64,000 nt of DNA, from positions 92,566,001 to 92,630,000 of the forward strand of contig NC_043002.1 in assembly GCF_006345805.1 (NCBI RefSeq), given 5' to 3'. The translations under genes and the position numbers were made by a program. Source of the DNA: Octopus sinensis. Its lineage: Eukaryota. Under the pieces are notes generated by a model, which saw only the letters and a program-made list of their open reading frames with translations, did no database searches and had not been told where the DNA came from. Each line of letters opens with the position of its first letter. The stretch's first letter is position 1. Shown one piece after another: positions 50,815 to 64,000 of the stretch.

Positions 50815-51466
50815 CGCGTGTCCGGGCGTGCGTGCGTGCGTGCGTGTAAGTCAGTGTTTCACAAATATATGTCTGGGTTGCATGAGTGCAACGTGTATAT
50901 TTGTATACACTGTGCGCGCACGGGTACATGTGCGTGTGTGTGTGTGCGTGCGCGTGTGTGAGCGTGATTTGCTTGTATGAAATGCGTGTGGTGTGTAAAT
51001 ATATGTGTTACGTACGTAAATAAGTGTGTAGTACGCATATGTTGTGTGTATAAGTATGAACTGATTTAAGTGTAAATGTATGTGCTACGTTTTACTCGTT
51101 TCAGCCAGAGACTGCGGCCGTGCTGGAGCAACGCTTTATTTATTGTATAATTTGTATTTATGCGTGAGTTTGTATGCATACACATACAAATCTTTGTGCG
51201 TGTTTGCATACATACACAAGTACGAGTTCGATGATATATAATGCGTGTATACATGCGAGTGTGTGTGTATATAAAAGTGTGTATGTGCGAATATGTTTGC
51301 TTGTGTGTGTGTGTATGTGTGTGTGTGCGTATGTGCGTGCGTATGTGTCATGTGTGTATGTATTATGTGTGTATGTGTGTGCATGTGTGCGTGCGTATAC
51401 ATGGGAATGAGTGTTTGTATATGTGTTTGCGTTCTCCGTGTGCGTACTTGACAGAATGTGTGCATA

Positions 51467-51732
51467 CAGTAATCCCTCGCCATATCGCGGTTTACTTATC
51501 GCGGTTCACTTATCGCTGTTCCCCCATCGCGGTTCACCTATCGCGGTTCTCCTATCGCGGTTTATTATTTAAGCTTACGTCGATTCCTCTGTCGTGTTGT
51601 TTTGCATTTATAATAAAATATATACAAATAAAAATAATAAAAATATTTTACAGTACTGTTTCTTCGTCGCGGATTTTCACCTATCGCGGGGGATTTGGGA
51701 ATTTAGCACCCGTGATAGTCGAGGGATTACTG
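51467..51732. mobile_element. pogo/Tigger-like MITE
   Basis: TA-CAGTAATCCCTCG...CGAGGGATTACTG-TA; internal TATCGCGGTTCACC-type 14-bp repeats. Confidence 0.9.
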
Positions 51733-52224
51733 TATACATGTATGTGTGTATACATGGGAGTGAGTACGTGTGTATGAGTGTGAGCGCGTGTATGTGTGTG
51801 AGTATGCGTGTATGTGTGTGAGCGTGTTGTGTGTGAGCGTGTATGTGTGTGAACTAAATGTGCATGGATATGTATAACAATATGAATATGTATGCATGAG
51901 CGTACGTGTAAGTAACTGAACATGTATTAGCTATATGTGTATGTACGGAGCTGCATACATACATGCGTATATACTGAATGTATTCACGAATTGCGTGTAT
52001 GAGTAGATTGTGTGTGTGTGTGTATGTGTGTTGTGTGTGTGTGTGTGCGTGTGTGGATTAGGTTTGTGTGCCAGGTCTGTATGGTTAAAGTTTGAATGAG
52101 TGTACGCTATGTATGTACGAAGGTGTGTTACAGGGGTGAGATAGATTTACACTTTCCGCTGTTAACAATTGGATACGTTCATATATGCAAGTGTATATGT
52201 TTCTATGTATGTATATATCTTTGA

Positions 52225-52566
52225 TCTTTTACTTGTTTCAGTCACTAAAGAGTGGCCATGTTGGGGCACCGCTTTGAAAGATCGACCCCCAGTTTTTTTT
52301 AGACTGGTACTTATTCCATCGGTCTCAGAACCGATAGCTGACGGAGACACTAACATAGCAACGCCAGTTGTGAGGCACAAAGACACTCACATACATATAT
52401 ATATATATATATACAACGGGCTTCTTTCAGTCTCCGCCTACCAAATCCACTCACAAAGCTTTGGTTGGCCCGCCGAGGCTATAGTAGAAGACACTCGCCC
52501 AAGGTGGCATGCAGTGAGACAGAACCCGGTAATATGTGATTTGGAAGCATGCTCCTTATCACACAG
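52225..52566 (-). mobile_element. SINE family E
   Basis: Similar to 27446-27856. Confidence 0.85.
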
Positions 52567-52759
52567 CCATTTTATATGTGTGTGTGTGTGTGTATGTGTG
52601 TGTAATACAGTTCTATATTTTTGAGATGAGAAATTATGTACATTATTTACACTGGACGAATAGGTATCCTCACCTTGCTTGTTGTTTTCTGAGAAGTTGT
52701 GGCATAGTAGATTGTCTCTTAGCCTGATCATTTCTTCGTGGTGTGTATCAGGATCGCTA

Positions 52760-53052
52760 CTTATAGTCTTTACTCTTTATTCTATCGGTCTCTTTTGCCG
52801 AACCGCTAACTGACGGGGACATAAACACACCAGCATCGGTTGTCAAGCGATGTTGGATGGGATAAACATAGACACACAAACATACACGCACACACATACA
52901 TATACATATATACGACGGGCTTCTTTCAGTTTCCGTCTACCAAATCCATTCACAAGGCTTTGGTCGGCCCAAGGCTATAGTAGAAGACACTTGTCCAAGG
53001 TGCCAAACCACGTGGTTGGTAAACACGCTACTTACCACACAGCCACTCCTGC
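52760..53052 (-). mobile_element. SINE family E, internally deleted
   Basis: Similar to 27446-27856. Confidence 0.85.
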
Positions 53053-53059
53053 GCATATA

Positions 53060-53330
<271 letters not shown>

Positions 53331-53585
53331 AAATTCTCTCGTAGGAAGGCCTAGCATGGACAGACGTGTCCTGTCTTGCCTTCGAAACACGCTATGTCTG
53401 CTAGCGACAGCTGATGAAAGGGTATTTTCCTTGTGCACCATGTCTTGTACTTCGTTTTTCTGCTGTACATAATTGTTTTTCCCGTTTTCGTTTCGTCGTT
53501 CCACGTCTCTGTCCTTCTGTTGTAACAAAATGGCTTTTCCGTTTTCGTTTCTGATTTTTACGTCTTCTTGTGGTGTCCTGTACGT
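53331..53585 (+). mobile_element. Probable Penelope-like fragment with hammerhead remnants
   Basis: GAAGGC..GACAG/CTGTC..GCCTTC-GAAACACG, then GACAG-CTGATGA-AAGG; between (TA)n tracts. Confidence 0.4.
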
Positions 53586-53790
53586 ATATATATTTATATA
53601 TGCAAGTATATATACATGTAGATGTCGGTACGTACATATATGTTTGTATGTATGCATATATTTTATCTATTACACTATATATATATATATATATATGTGT
53701 GGTGTGTGTGTGTGTGTGTGTGTATGGATAGATGGATAGATGGATGGATGGATGGATACATATATGAGTACAGATGGGAGTACGTATATA

Positions 53791-53831
<41 letters not shown>

Positions 53832-54303
53832 ATTGCTCTTTGTACCAGTGACTACGTGTTAATGAATATACGTAACTATATGCATATGTATTCATGAGTA
53901 TGCGTGTGCTATGTGCACTGGTTGTGTTAGTGTCTTTGCCTGTACCTGTCTGTGTGTGCGTGCGAGCGCGTCTGCGTGTGTGTATGTATGTCGGTCAGTA
54001 CATATCTGTATGTGTGACTGTACGTGAGCGTATGAGAGCTTGTATGAATGCGTGTGTGTGTTGCCAACGCAACAATTACAGAGAACATTCATAATGACGT
54101 CACACACTAACAGTAAATATGGGTAGTGGAAGGGGTATTGAAGCGGGTGGCAGCGAGTGTCAGGGCGGGAGAGTGGATCGTATAAGGTCAACGAAGATTC
54201 CTATATCGTCACTGTGACGAAACGGGTGGTGGTAGTGGATACCCGGAATGCTTACGTTGTTTGCTAATGTCTCATGTTTAGAATTTTACAATTAATAATA
54301 ATA

Positions 54304-55060
<757 letters not shown>

Positions 55061-55084
55061 TAATAATAATAATAATAATAAATG

Positions 55085-55155
<71 letters not shown>

Positions 55156-55156
55156 C

Positions 55157-55372
55157 CTTTCTCCTAAAGGTACAAGGCCTGAAGTTTGGGGGAAGGAGAT
55201 AAGTCGATTACACCGACACCACTGTTTCATTGGTACTTAATTTATCGACCCCCGAAAGAATGAAAGGCAAAGCCGACTTTGACAGAATTTAATCCCAGAA
55301 CGCAAAGACGGATGAAATGCCGTTAAACATTTTGTCCGGCGTGCTAACAATTCCGCCAGGTCGTAGCCTTAA
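55157..55372 (-). mobile_element. SINE family A
   Basis: Family A motifs. Confidence 0.8.
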
Positions 55373-55699
55373 TACTAACAAATAACAAAAATCAATTGTT
55401 CCTTAGAAAATTTGATTTTTTGCTTTCTTTCTTGAGGTTTTTTCACCAAGTCAGGTCAATTGATAATTGAGATTTCATCAAATGTAGTCCAGCCGTCACC
55501 ATTTTGGAGGGGTTTTTTTTGTTTTGTTTTATTTTTATTTATTTTAGAGATAGCACCACTGTATAACAGGATCTTTATCCTTAGGTAGTAACGTGAGGAA
55601 AGGTTGTGCAATGAGTCAATCCCACTCACTAAGCAACAACAGCCATAATCCGAAAGAAGAACAAGTCAACATCATCGGTAACCACTGAGGCGCAGGTTT

Positions 55700-55960
55700 T
55701 ATGTCGGAGTTATCCCAGTTACCTGAGTTACCTTCTCCTAGAAGGATGCCCTAACAAAGGCTAGGAGTCCTTCACTCCCAATGGTTTAACCGCACGATCG
55801 GGTATTCAGTCCGATTATTTCTATGTCCCCGCGCATGATACAGCCTCAAGGCATTTATTGGATGGCCGTTGACTCTCAAGGGTCCCTCCGCCCTTTGACG
55901 GGTTTTGTTTTTCATCCCGCAGGGTGTCCAATAAACACCCTCCTCACCAAGCAAGCTTGG
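55700..55960 (+). mobile_element. Unclassified element ending CCCTCCTCACC before a long (TACA)n tract
   Basis: Diverged match to 45983-46150. Confidence 0.55.
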
Positions 55961-56570
55961 TACATACATACATGCATACATACATACATACATACACACA
56001 CATACATACATACACACACACACATACACATACATACATACATACATACATACATACATACACACACATACATACATACAACATACATACATACATACAT
56101 ACATACATACATACATGCATGCATGCATACATGCATGCATACATACATACATACATACGTACATACATACATACGTACATACATACATACACACACACAC
56201 ACATACATACACATACATACATGCATACATACATACATACATACATACATGCATACATACATACATACATACATACATACACACACATGCATACATACAT
56301 ACACATACATACATACATACATACATACATACATACATACATACATACATACATACACCACACATACATACACATACATACATACATACATCACATACAT
56401 ACATACAACATACATACATACATACATACATACACAACATACATACATACATACATACTACATACATACATACATACCATACATACACATCATACATACA
56501 TACATACATACATACATACATACATACATACTACATACATCATACATACATACATACATACATGTATACA
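55960..56570. repeat. (CATA)n microsatellite
   Basis: Direct inspection. Confidence 0.95.
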
Positions 56571-56773
56571 TAAACACAAAACCTTGTACAAAATGTATTC
56601 GGCGTTAAAATGAAATTACCGATATTATTTTCAGCACCATATTTTAGACTTCAATACTTCAATAAAAGCGACCATTGTGCCAATGGTCATTATTCATGTA
56701 CATTTAAATATATACTTGCGTAAATAATGAGATATATGAGATAATTTCATTTTAATACCAATACGTTTAGTAC

Positions 56774-57208
56774 AGAATCTCCAAGGCAAGCAGCGCGTTT
56801 GGGAGACTGCGAAAGAATGTCTGGGAGCGGAGAGGAATCAGCCTCAACACCAAGCTGAAAGTCTACCGGGCAGTCGTGCTTACCACCCTACTATACGGCT
56901 GCGAGACGTGGACTGCTTACCGAAGGCACGAGCGCCAGATAAACCACTTCCACCTCAGGTGTCTTCGGAACCTCCTTCACATCCGCTGGCAGGACAAAGT
57001 CCCAGACACGGAAGTTCTGAAGCAGGCAGATCTCCCTAGCACCATCACAATCATGCGCAAGGCCCAGCTGAGATGGGCGGGCCACGTCTCCCGCATGTCC
57101 GACACTCGCATCCGAAAACAGCTCTTCTACGGTGAACTCAGCCAGGGCAAACGCAAAGTCGGAGGGCAGAAGAAGCGCTTCAAGGACAGTCTCAAGGTCT
57201 CTCTCAAA
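56774..57208 (+). mobile_element. RTE-clade LINE internal fragment with an uninterrupted frame
   Basis: RISKASSAFGRLRKNVW..TKLKVYRAVVLTTLLYGCETWT..QLRWAGHVSRM..GGQKKRFKDSLK. Confidence 0.93.
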
Positions 57209-57339
57209 TGTGTATTATATACGTACGTGTGTATCTATGTCTGTCTATATCTCGTATGTATTATCTACGTACGAATGTTCATATGTATGTATGTACGTTT
57301 GTGTGACGTGTATACGCATGTATCTATACATGTACTTAT

Positions 57340-57354
57340 GCAGGTGTGTGTGCC

Positions 57355-57386
<32 letters not shown>

Positions 57387-57468
57387 TGTATGTATGTATG
57401 TATGTACGTATGTAAGTATGTATGTATGTATGTATGTACGTTTGTATGTATTTATGTATGTATGTATG

Positions 57469-57499
<31 letters not shown>

Positions 57500-57512
57500 G
57501 TATGTATGTATG

Positions 57513-57543
<31 letters not shown>

Positions 57544-57870
57544 GTATGTATGTATGTATGTATGTATATATGTGTGTATGCATGTATGTATGTACGTATG
57601 TATGTATGTATGTATGTATGTATGTATGTATGTATGTATGTATGTATGCATGTATGTATGTATGTATGTAAGTATGTATGTATGTATGTATGTATGTATG
57701 TATGTATGTATGTATGTATGTATGTGTGTATGCATGCATGCATGCATGTATGTATGTATGTATGTATGTATGTCTGTATGTATGTATGTATGTATGTATG
57801 TATGCATGCATGCATGCATGTATGTATGTATGTATGTATGTATGTATGTATGTATGTATGTATGTATGTG
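57340..57870. repeat. (TATG)n microsatellite
   Basis: Direct inspection. Confidence 0.95.
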
Positions 57871-58152
57871 CGTAAGTACTTTGGTACAAGCATATATGTA
57901 TATTCATATCCATATATGTTTGCATGAATGGATAGCTGATGGATTTTGGGTGTTTGGGTGGGTGTTTGTGTGGTTGGTTGGAAGTATGTATAGATGAGTT
58001 GGTGGACGGATGGGTGAGTGTGGGTGAGTGGTTGAGTGGATGTATGGCTGGTGGGTGGATGAATGGATGGCATTTGTATAAGGTGATAGCACCAAGAAGC
58101 AAAAAACGCGACAATTTTTTTTATAAATATATGAAGTGATGCATGACAAAGA

Positions 58153-58451
58153 GTGGAGGCACATGGCCTAGTGGTTAGAGCAGTGGACTCGCGGTCGAAG
58201 GATCACGGGTTCGAATCTCAGACTGGGCGATATGTGTGTTTATGAGCAAAAACACCTAAGCTCCACGCAGCTCCGGCAGAAGGTAATGGCGAACTTCTGC
58301 TGACTCTTTCGCCACAACTTTCTCTCACTCTTTCCTCCTGCATCTTGCAGCTCACCTAGGACGGACCGGCGTCCCATCCAGGTGAGGAACCTATGCGCCA
58401 AGAAACCGGCCCTTATGAGCCAGGCATGGCTCGAGAAGGAACAAACAACAA
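58153..58451 (+). mobile_element. SINE family B, full length
   Basis: tRNA-like head; 11-bp TSD CATGACAAAGA. Confidence 0.92.
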
Positions 58452-58733
58452 CATGACAAAGAAGAAAAATTTGCTCAGACGTGGGTGTAAAGAAACCGTA
58501 CATTCTTTGGTAAGATCAATGCTACTCGGCACCATTTAAGAAAAGAATGGCTTGTTGAATATGTTCCTGAATTAAAGATGAAAATGTGTGAGGCTGGACC
58601 GTTATTGTTTGAACGCCTTTCATTATCGGGCAGCTAGATTATTGATGACCCAGGTAAGAAAGCAACAACAGCAACAATAGTGACGAAACCCTGGTACATT
58701 AGAAGTAATTAGCTAAAGAATATATACATCTAA

Positions 58734-58965
58734 GGCGGTGAGCTGGCAGAAGCGTTAGCACGCCGGGCAAAATGTGTAGCTGTATTTCGTCTGCCGTTAC
58801 GTTCTGGGTTCAAATTCCGCCGAGGTCGACTTTGCCTTTCATCCTTTCAAGGTCGATAAATTAAGTACCAGTTACGCACTGGGGTCGATGTAATCGACTT
58901 AACCCCTTTCTCTGTCCTCGTTTGTTCCCTCTGTGTTTAGCCCCTTGTGTGTAGTAAAGAAATAA
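58734..58965 (+). mobile_element. SINE family A, full length
   Basis: TSD ATATACATCTAA. Confidence 0.92.
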
Positions 58966-59999
58966 ATATACATCTAATTTATAATTACTAGTACACTCGT
59001 GTACTTAAAACGCTATATGTGTTGTTTCCCAGATTGTTCTACAGACCTGGAACGTTTTGTACATGTTGTTCTTTCTTATCAGATATTACAGATTCAGAGC
59101 CTTTTCTTTTATTATTTCTCCTCCAGATTGTTTCCTTAACCTATTATTGAAATAATAATTTAGAAAACATTGGTTTTTATGTTCATAGTTCCATATTGAA
59201 TGGTAAGGAACTGTCCACAGTGTGAAATGGGAAATTCAAATGTGATAATTGGATTTCAGATGTACAAATGGAGCTTCGGATGTGAGGAGGTAACTTTAAA
59301 TGTATAATGGTAGATTTTAATTGTGCTTAGAGAAGTTCAATCGTATAAAAATATAAAAGGTTTTTGAATGTGTAATGATACGTTCAAATGTATTCAGAGG
59401 AGCTTCGAATGTACCGGCTTTGAGGAGATTGCGATAACAATGTTGTTGTTGCTTTTTATTCTGAAGTTTTAGTAGAGACATGACTGTATATTAAAGAAGT
59501 GTACTTAGCAACTACGTAGTTTTGTGTTCAACCCCAAAAGCGTTGTTTTTTGGACATGTGTGTTTTAACATGCCTTTGTGATTACTGACGGAGTAGGCCT
59601 CTGTATTTGGTCATGAGTGATAGACCAAATTCCTTTCCTGGTTTAGCACCAGCACCCAGCACTTAGGTTCTTAGTTGAGTTGTCTGTTCCAAATACTGGG
59701 AACGATGTCACCGGTTCGTAGATAATATCCTCCCTTCTGCCCACGAGTCTCGGAAACCCTAAAAAAGGGGTCTTGAGTTCTGGTCTTCTTCCTCTGACTA
59801 AATCTTAAAGAAATCGACTCTGGCTGAGTGTACCTTTGATCCAGAGTGTTCCAAGCGTTATTTTCTTGTTCCTTTTTATTTTTATTTTCTCGTCTTCTGC
59901 ATAAGAACCACAAAGTTCCAATGTGTCCTTTTGTGTGACATTTGGAAGTGATTGGAAGAAAGTTTAGCTACTAATTCTAGCATATCGAGTGTCCAAGTA

Positions 60000-60232
60000 T
60001 ATTTCTTTATTGCCCACAAGGGGCTAAACATAGAGAGAACAAACAAGGACAGACAAAGGGATTAAGTCGATTACATCGACCCCCAGTGCGAAACTGGTAC
60101 TTTATTTATCGACCCCGAGAGGATGAAAGGCAAAGTCGACCCCGGCGGAATTTGAACTCAGAACGTAACGACAGACGAAATACCGCTAAGCATTTCGCCC
60201 GGCGCGCTAACGGTTCTGCCAGCTCGCCGCCC
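60000..60232 (-). mobile_element. SINE family A, full length
   Basis: 17-bp TSD TATCGAG(T/C)GTCCAAGTA. Confidence 0.93.
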
Positions 60233-60981
60233 TATCGAGCGTCCAAGTAGATTGACTCGGTGGACCTTGGATAACAACGTTCTTCACAAGGGTTTGTTTA
60301 TCATCTGAAAGAATCCTGATACGTGATTCCTTAATACCATGTTCTTAATTTATAATTCATCTGCATTAATTAATACGTTAAAGGTTAAAGAAGTTGTCAC
60401 AGAATCCTTTAAAATTTATGACAATTATTAGGTTAAGTTTTGACATTTTATTATGAAATATGTCTTTAAAAAAGTCATAGCTGTCACTTAAACGCTTTCA
60501 GGCTCTTCATAGTAGACAATGCAGTCTGCAACACATTACTTAAATACTTCTGCAATGAGCGGACTAAGCTTGTTTTCAAAGGAAAGCCAGAAAAGAATAT
60601 TGATTCTTTATTCTTCTCCCAAGTTTTTCTTTTCATTCCAGCTATTCTTAGCTTACATATTGAAATTATGTTGAATAATTTGTCTTCTGTATCAAAAATC
60701 TCTGAAAGCCATTTAAGAGCGTGACCAAGATGAAACAGATCAATAACAATGCACATGTATTTCTTTTAACTGTTCAACATTTCTGTAAAACCCCGGGGAC
60801 ATATCTTGTTACCTACGCGTGAAAAGAACTATTTAGGGTATTCCAGCTCTTTGGTAATATGTAATTAGATGGCAAAAGCGACAAATAGCTAGTTACTGCA
60901 AAGGATTACGTTCGTCAACCTCAACAAGTTCGCAGAATTCCACAGCTACTCTCTTTCCAAATGTCTGGAAAATGTCGACGC

Positions 60982-61408
60982 AGCCATGTGTGTGTTTGTG
61001 TGGTTAAGGTGCTCGTTTTGCGACTACATGGTTACGGGTTCAGTTTCACTGCGCGGCAACTTAGGCGAGTGTCTTCTACTGTAGCCCTGGGCCGACCAAT
61101 ATCTTGTGAGTGAATTTGGTAGGTGGAAACTGTGTGGAATCCCGTTGCATATGTGTGTATGTATGGTTGTATGAATGTGTATGTTTTTAGTTTGTGTTTG
61201 TCTTTCCGCCACCGCGTGACATATCGGTGTTGGTTTGTTTATGTCTCTGTAAGCTAGCAGTCCAATAATAATGACCGATAAAATAAGTACCAGACTTTAC
61301 AAAGAAACGAACTGGGAGGAATTTATTCGCCTAATCCAATCAAGGCAGTGATCCAGCTTGGCCACAGTCCAATGAGTGGAACAAGTAAAATATAAAAAGA
61401 TAAAAGAA
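60982..61408 (+). mobile_element. SINE family E, old copy
   Basis: Degenerate family E motifs. Confidence 0.75.
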
Positions 61409-61539
61409 CACCTTGAAAGTATAATATGATTAAATGGATTCTTACAAAATCGTTAGAATTATTTAGCAATTATCTTTTTTCAGCATGAGCCATTTTCATC
61501 ATATTATATGTTATAAAAACTCTGCACTTGCTTATGTAT

Positions 61540-61929
61540 GGGATGGATGGAAGCACTCCGTCGGTTACGACGACGAGGGTTCCGGTTGATCCGATCAACG
61601 GAACAGCCTGCTCGTGAAATTAACGTGTAAGTGGCTGAGCACTCCACAGACACGTGTACCCTTAACGTAGTTCTCGGGGATATTCAGCGTGACACAGAGA
61701 GTGACAAGGCCGGCCCTTTGAAATACAAGTACAACAGAAACAGGAAGTAAGAGTGAGAGAAAGTTGTGGTGAAAGAGTACAGCAGGGATCACCACCATCC
61801 CCTGCCGGAGCCTCGTGGAGCTTTAGGTGTTTTCGCCCGATAAACACTCACAACGCCCGGTCTGGGAATCGAAACCGCGATCCGACGACCGCGAGTCCGC
61901 TGCCCTAACCACTGGGCCATTGCGCCTCC
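61540..61929 (-). mobile_element. SINE family C, full length
   Basis: 11-bp TSD TGCTTATGTAT. Confidence 0.93.
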
Positions 61930-62148
61930 TGCTTATGTATTATGTACGTCTTTCAACAGTAACAAATTTTGTACTCACCTGTAGTTATAATCAAGTAGGC
62001 ATACCTGGAACACAATGACTTCAACAGCATTTTAAAAGTGCCTTGCACAAAAATCAAATAAACAGCTTGCAGTAATAACATTCGTTCCATTCAGTAAGTT
62101 TCAGGTTTTGGATAAACACGTCTTAGTGTTTACCTGTAGTATATACTG

Positions 62149-62541
62149 GTGGAGGCGCAATGGCCCGGTGGTTAGGGCAGCGGACTCGCGGTCGTAGGAT
62201 CGCGGTTTCGATTCCCAGACCGGGCGTTGTGAGTGTTTATTGAGCGAAAACTACCTAAAGCTCTACGAGGCTCCGGCAGGGGATGGTGGTGATCCCTGCT
62301 GTACTCTTTCACCACAACTTCCCCTCACTCTTACTTCCTGTTTCTGTTGTACCTGTATTTCAAAGGGCCGGCCTTGTCACTCTCTGTGTCACGCTGAATA
62401 TCCCCGAGAACTACGTTAAGGGTACACGTGTCTGTGGAGTGCTCAGCCACTTACACGTTAATTTCACGAGCAGGATGTTCCGTTGATTCGGATCAACCGG
62501 AACCCTCGTCGTCGTAACCGACGGAGTGCTTCCTTCCTTCC
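62149..62541 (+). mobile_element. SINE family C, full length
   Basis: 11-bp TSD AGTATATACTG. Confidence 0.93.
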
Positions 62542-62884
62542 AGTATATACTGACACATAATTGAGATGAAAGGCTGACATCTTGTTCAGACGGCCATTGC
62601 TGGCTTGCTCTGGTTTCTGGTGATTCATTGTTATGGCTGTAAATGTCTGCTAAGTCATGTCGAACTCCTTCTTTAGAATGAAAATATGTTTAAATTATCA
62701 AGAAATATTCTCTTCCAGTTATATCTGAGCATGAAATGCTGCTGTCGTCGGAGATGAAACTTTGACTTCTTGAATGTTCTATAGCACATTCTCCTTTAAA
62801 GGATACAGTGGGAAAATATGCTCAACTAGAAGAAAACAATTGCTCACAAGCGATAAGTCTTATCATCGTATTTTCTCGTGCATA

Positions 62885-63270
62885 AGGCACAAATGTGGCT
62901 GTATAGGAAAAAGTTTGCTTCCTAACCACATGTTTACGGGTTCAATCTCACTGAGTGGAACCTTGGCCATGTGTATTCTGCTATAGCTCCAGGCTGTCCA
63001 AGGCCTTGTGAGTAGATTTGGTAGGTGATGTGTTTGTGTGTGTGTCTTTGAATTTATGTGTCCAACCGTCATTGCTTGACAACAGCCGTTGGTTTCTTTA
63101 CGCCCCCGTAACTTAAGGGTTCAGCAAAAAAGACCGATAGAATTAAGTACCAGGCTTCAAAAAAGAAATAAGTACTGCGTTCGATACATTTTACTAAAAC
63201 CCTTCAAGGCGGTGCCCCAGCATGGCTTCAATCCAATAATTGAAGCAAATAAAATATACAAGATAAAAAT
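62885..63270 (+). mobile_element. SINE family E, old copy
   Basis: Degenerate family E motifs. Confidence 0.75.
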
Positions 63271-63514
63271 ATAAGTCCTCGTATTTCACACATGATTTTA
63301 GCTGAAAAACTGTGATACGATCTTATACATGGGGTGAAGCTAAAACTATGAAGGGCAAAAAATCTGGTACGAAGATTTAACACAAAATTAAGGTTGCGGT
63401 TTATACTCGAGTAAATAAAGTACGTTTATTCTCCTAATAGTTACAGTCATTGGGCTGCAGTCATACTAGGCTGTAGTCACATTTCAAGTGTTGGTCGATC
63501 ATATCGGTTTCAAA

Positions 63515-63650
63515 TTTTTGGCACAAGGCCAGCAGTTTTGGTGGTGGAGCAAAGTCGATTAAATCGACCCCAATGCTCTACGGGTATTTCTTTTATCAAC
63601 CCTCGAAAGGATGAAAGGCAAAGCAAACCTAGGCGGAATTTGAACTCAGA
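63515..63650 (-). mobile_element. SINE family A, partial
   Basis: GAAAGGATGAAAGGCAAAG..GGCGGAATTTGAACTCAGA. Confidence 0.75.
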
Positions 63651-64000
63651 CCGTCCAGCACCATTTCTTATTTCAGTCTGTTACTTATTTCATCAAAATG
63701 ATATGTCACTGCATCCTCTTTCTGTTTTGTTTCAACGGTTGAAATCTCTCACTCGCAATGTCTTCTATATTATACTCTGGTAGAAAAGTTGCTTCTTTTT
63801 CCACTTTATGACTCTTTAACAGCAATTGCGAAAGACTTGAAGGAAGAGGAGGAATATTCATTTGCCTGGGATATGGTAAGATCTACTCCGAAGGAGCAGT
63901 TTTCGGCAATACACCAGAGCTGATAATAATCTCTAACATATACACACGGCCACGAATTTGCGGAATAGGTTAGTCGATGAAATAAAACCTAGTTCTTGAT

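Noticed and set aside
55772-58114. Many long MYVC/HTYI ORFs, and similar ones throughout the window
   Set aside because: Stop-free translations of (TATG)n, (CA)n, (TA)n and (GATA)n repeats.
58153-58225. tRNA-like sequences at SINE heads
   Set aside because: No complete cloverleaf with an acceptor stem; they continue into SINE bodies with TSDs, so they are not tRNA genes.
59671-59940. KCHTKGH zinc-knuckle-like remnant
   Set aside because: Too degenerate to assign to a retroelement.
60484-60756. 90-aa minus-strand ORF in unique sequence
   Set aside because: No recognisable homology; splice signals are ambiguous on both strands.
62555-62820. Protein-like minus frame (HSKEGVRHDLADIYSH...)
   Set aside because: Interrupted by a stop and not recognisable; cannot be supported without a search.

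Overview
AT-rich eukaryotic (animal) intergenic or intronic DNA, probably from a coleoid cephalopod such as Octopus. That assignment is inferred from the SINE families, the extreme microsatellite load and a divergent 28S rRNA. No host protein-coding gene is recognisable. Almost all ORFs in the track are microsatellite or SINE artefacts, and the real coding remnants belong to transposons: a Ty3/Gypsy gag-pol relic, CR1, RTE and R4/Dong LINE fragments, and a DD37D mariner. The window also holds about 25 tRNA-derived SINEs (labels A, B, C, E, H are local to this report), three Helitron-type elements, several MITEs, a 28S rRNA orphon and several perfect palindromes. The standout is a 7-copy tandem array of a ~545-bp unit at 40.6-44.4 kb. 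Every unit contains a complete type I hammerhead ribozyme motif inside a highly base-paired sequence. A diverged solo relative at 9.7-10.1 kb keeps the ribozyme and the long-range helices through compensatory changes, which points to a retrozyme or Penelope-type self-cleaving RNA, possibly circularising. About eight more minimal hammerhead motifs sit in (TA)n-anchored Penelope-like fragments. All coordinates and pairings were read by eye.
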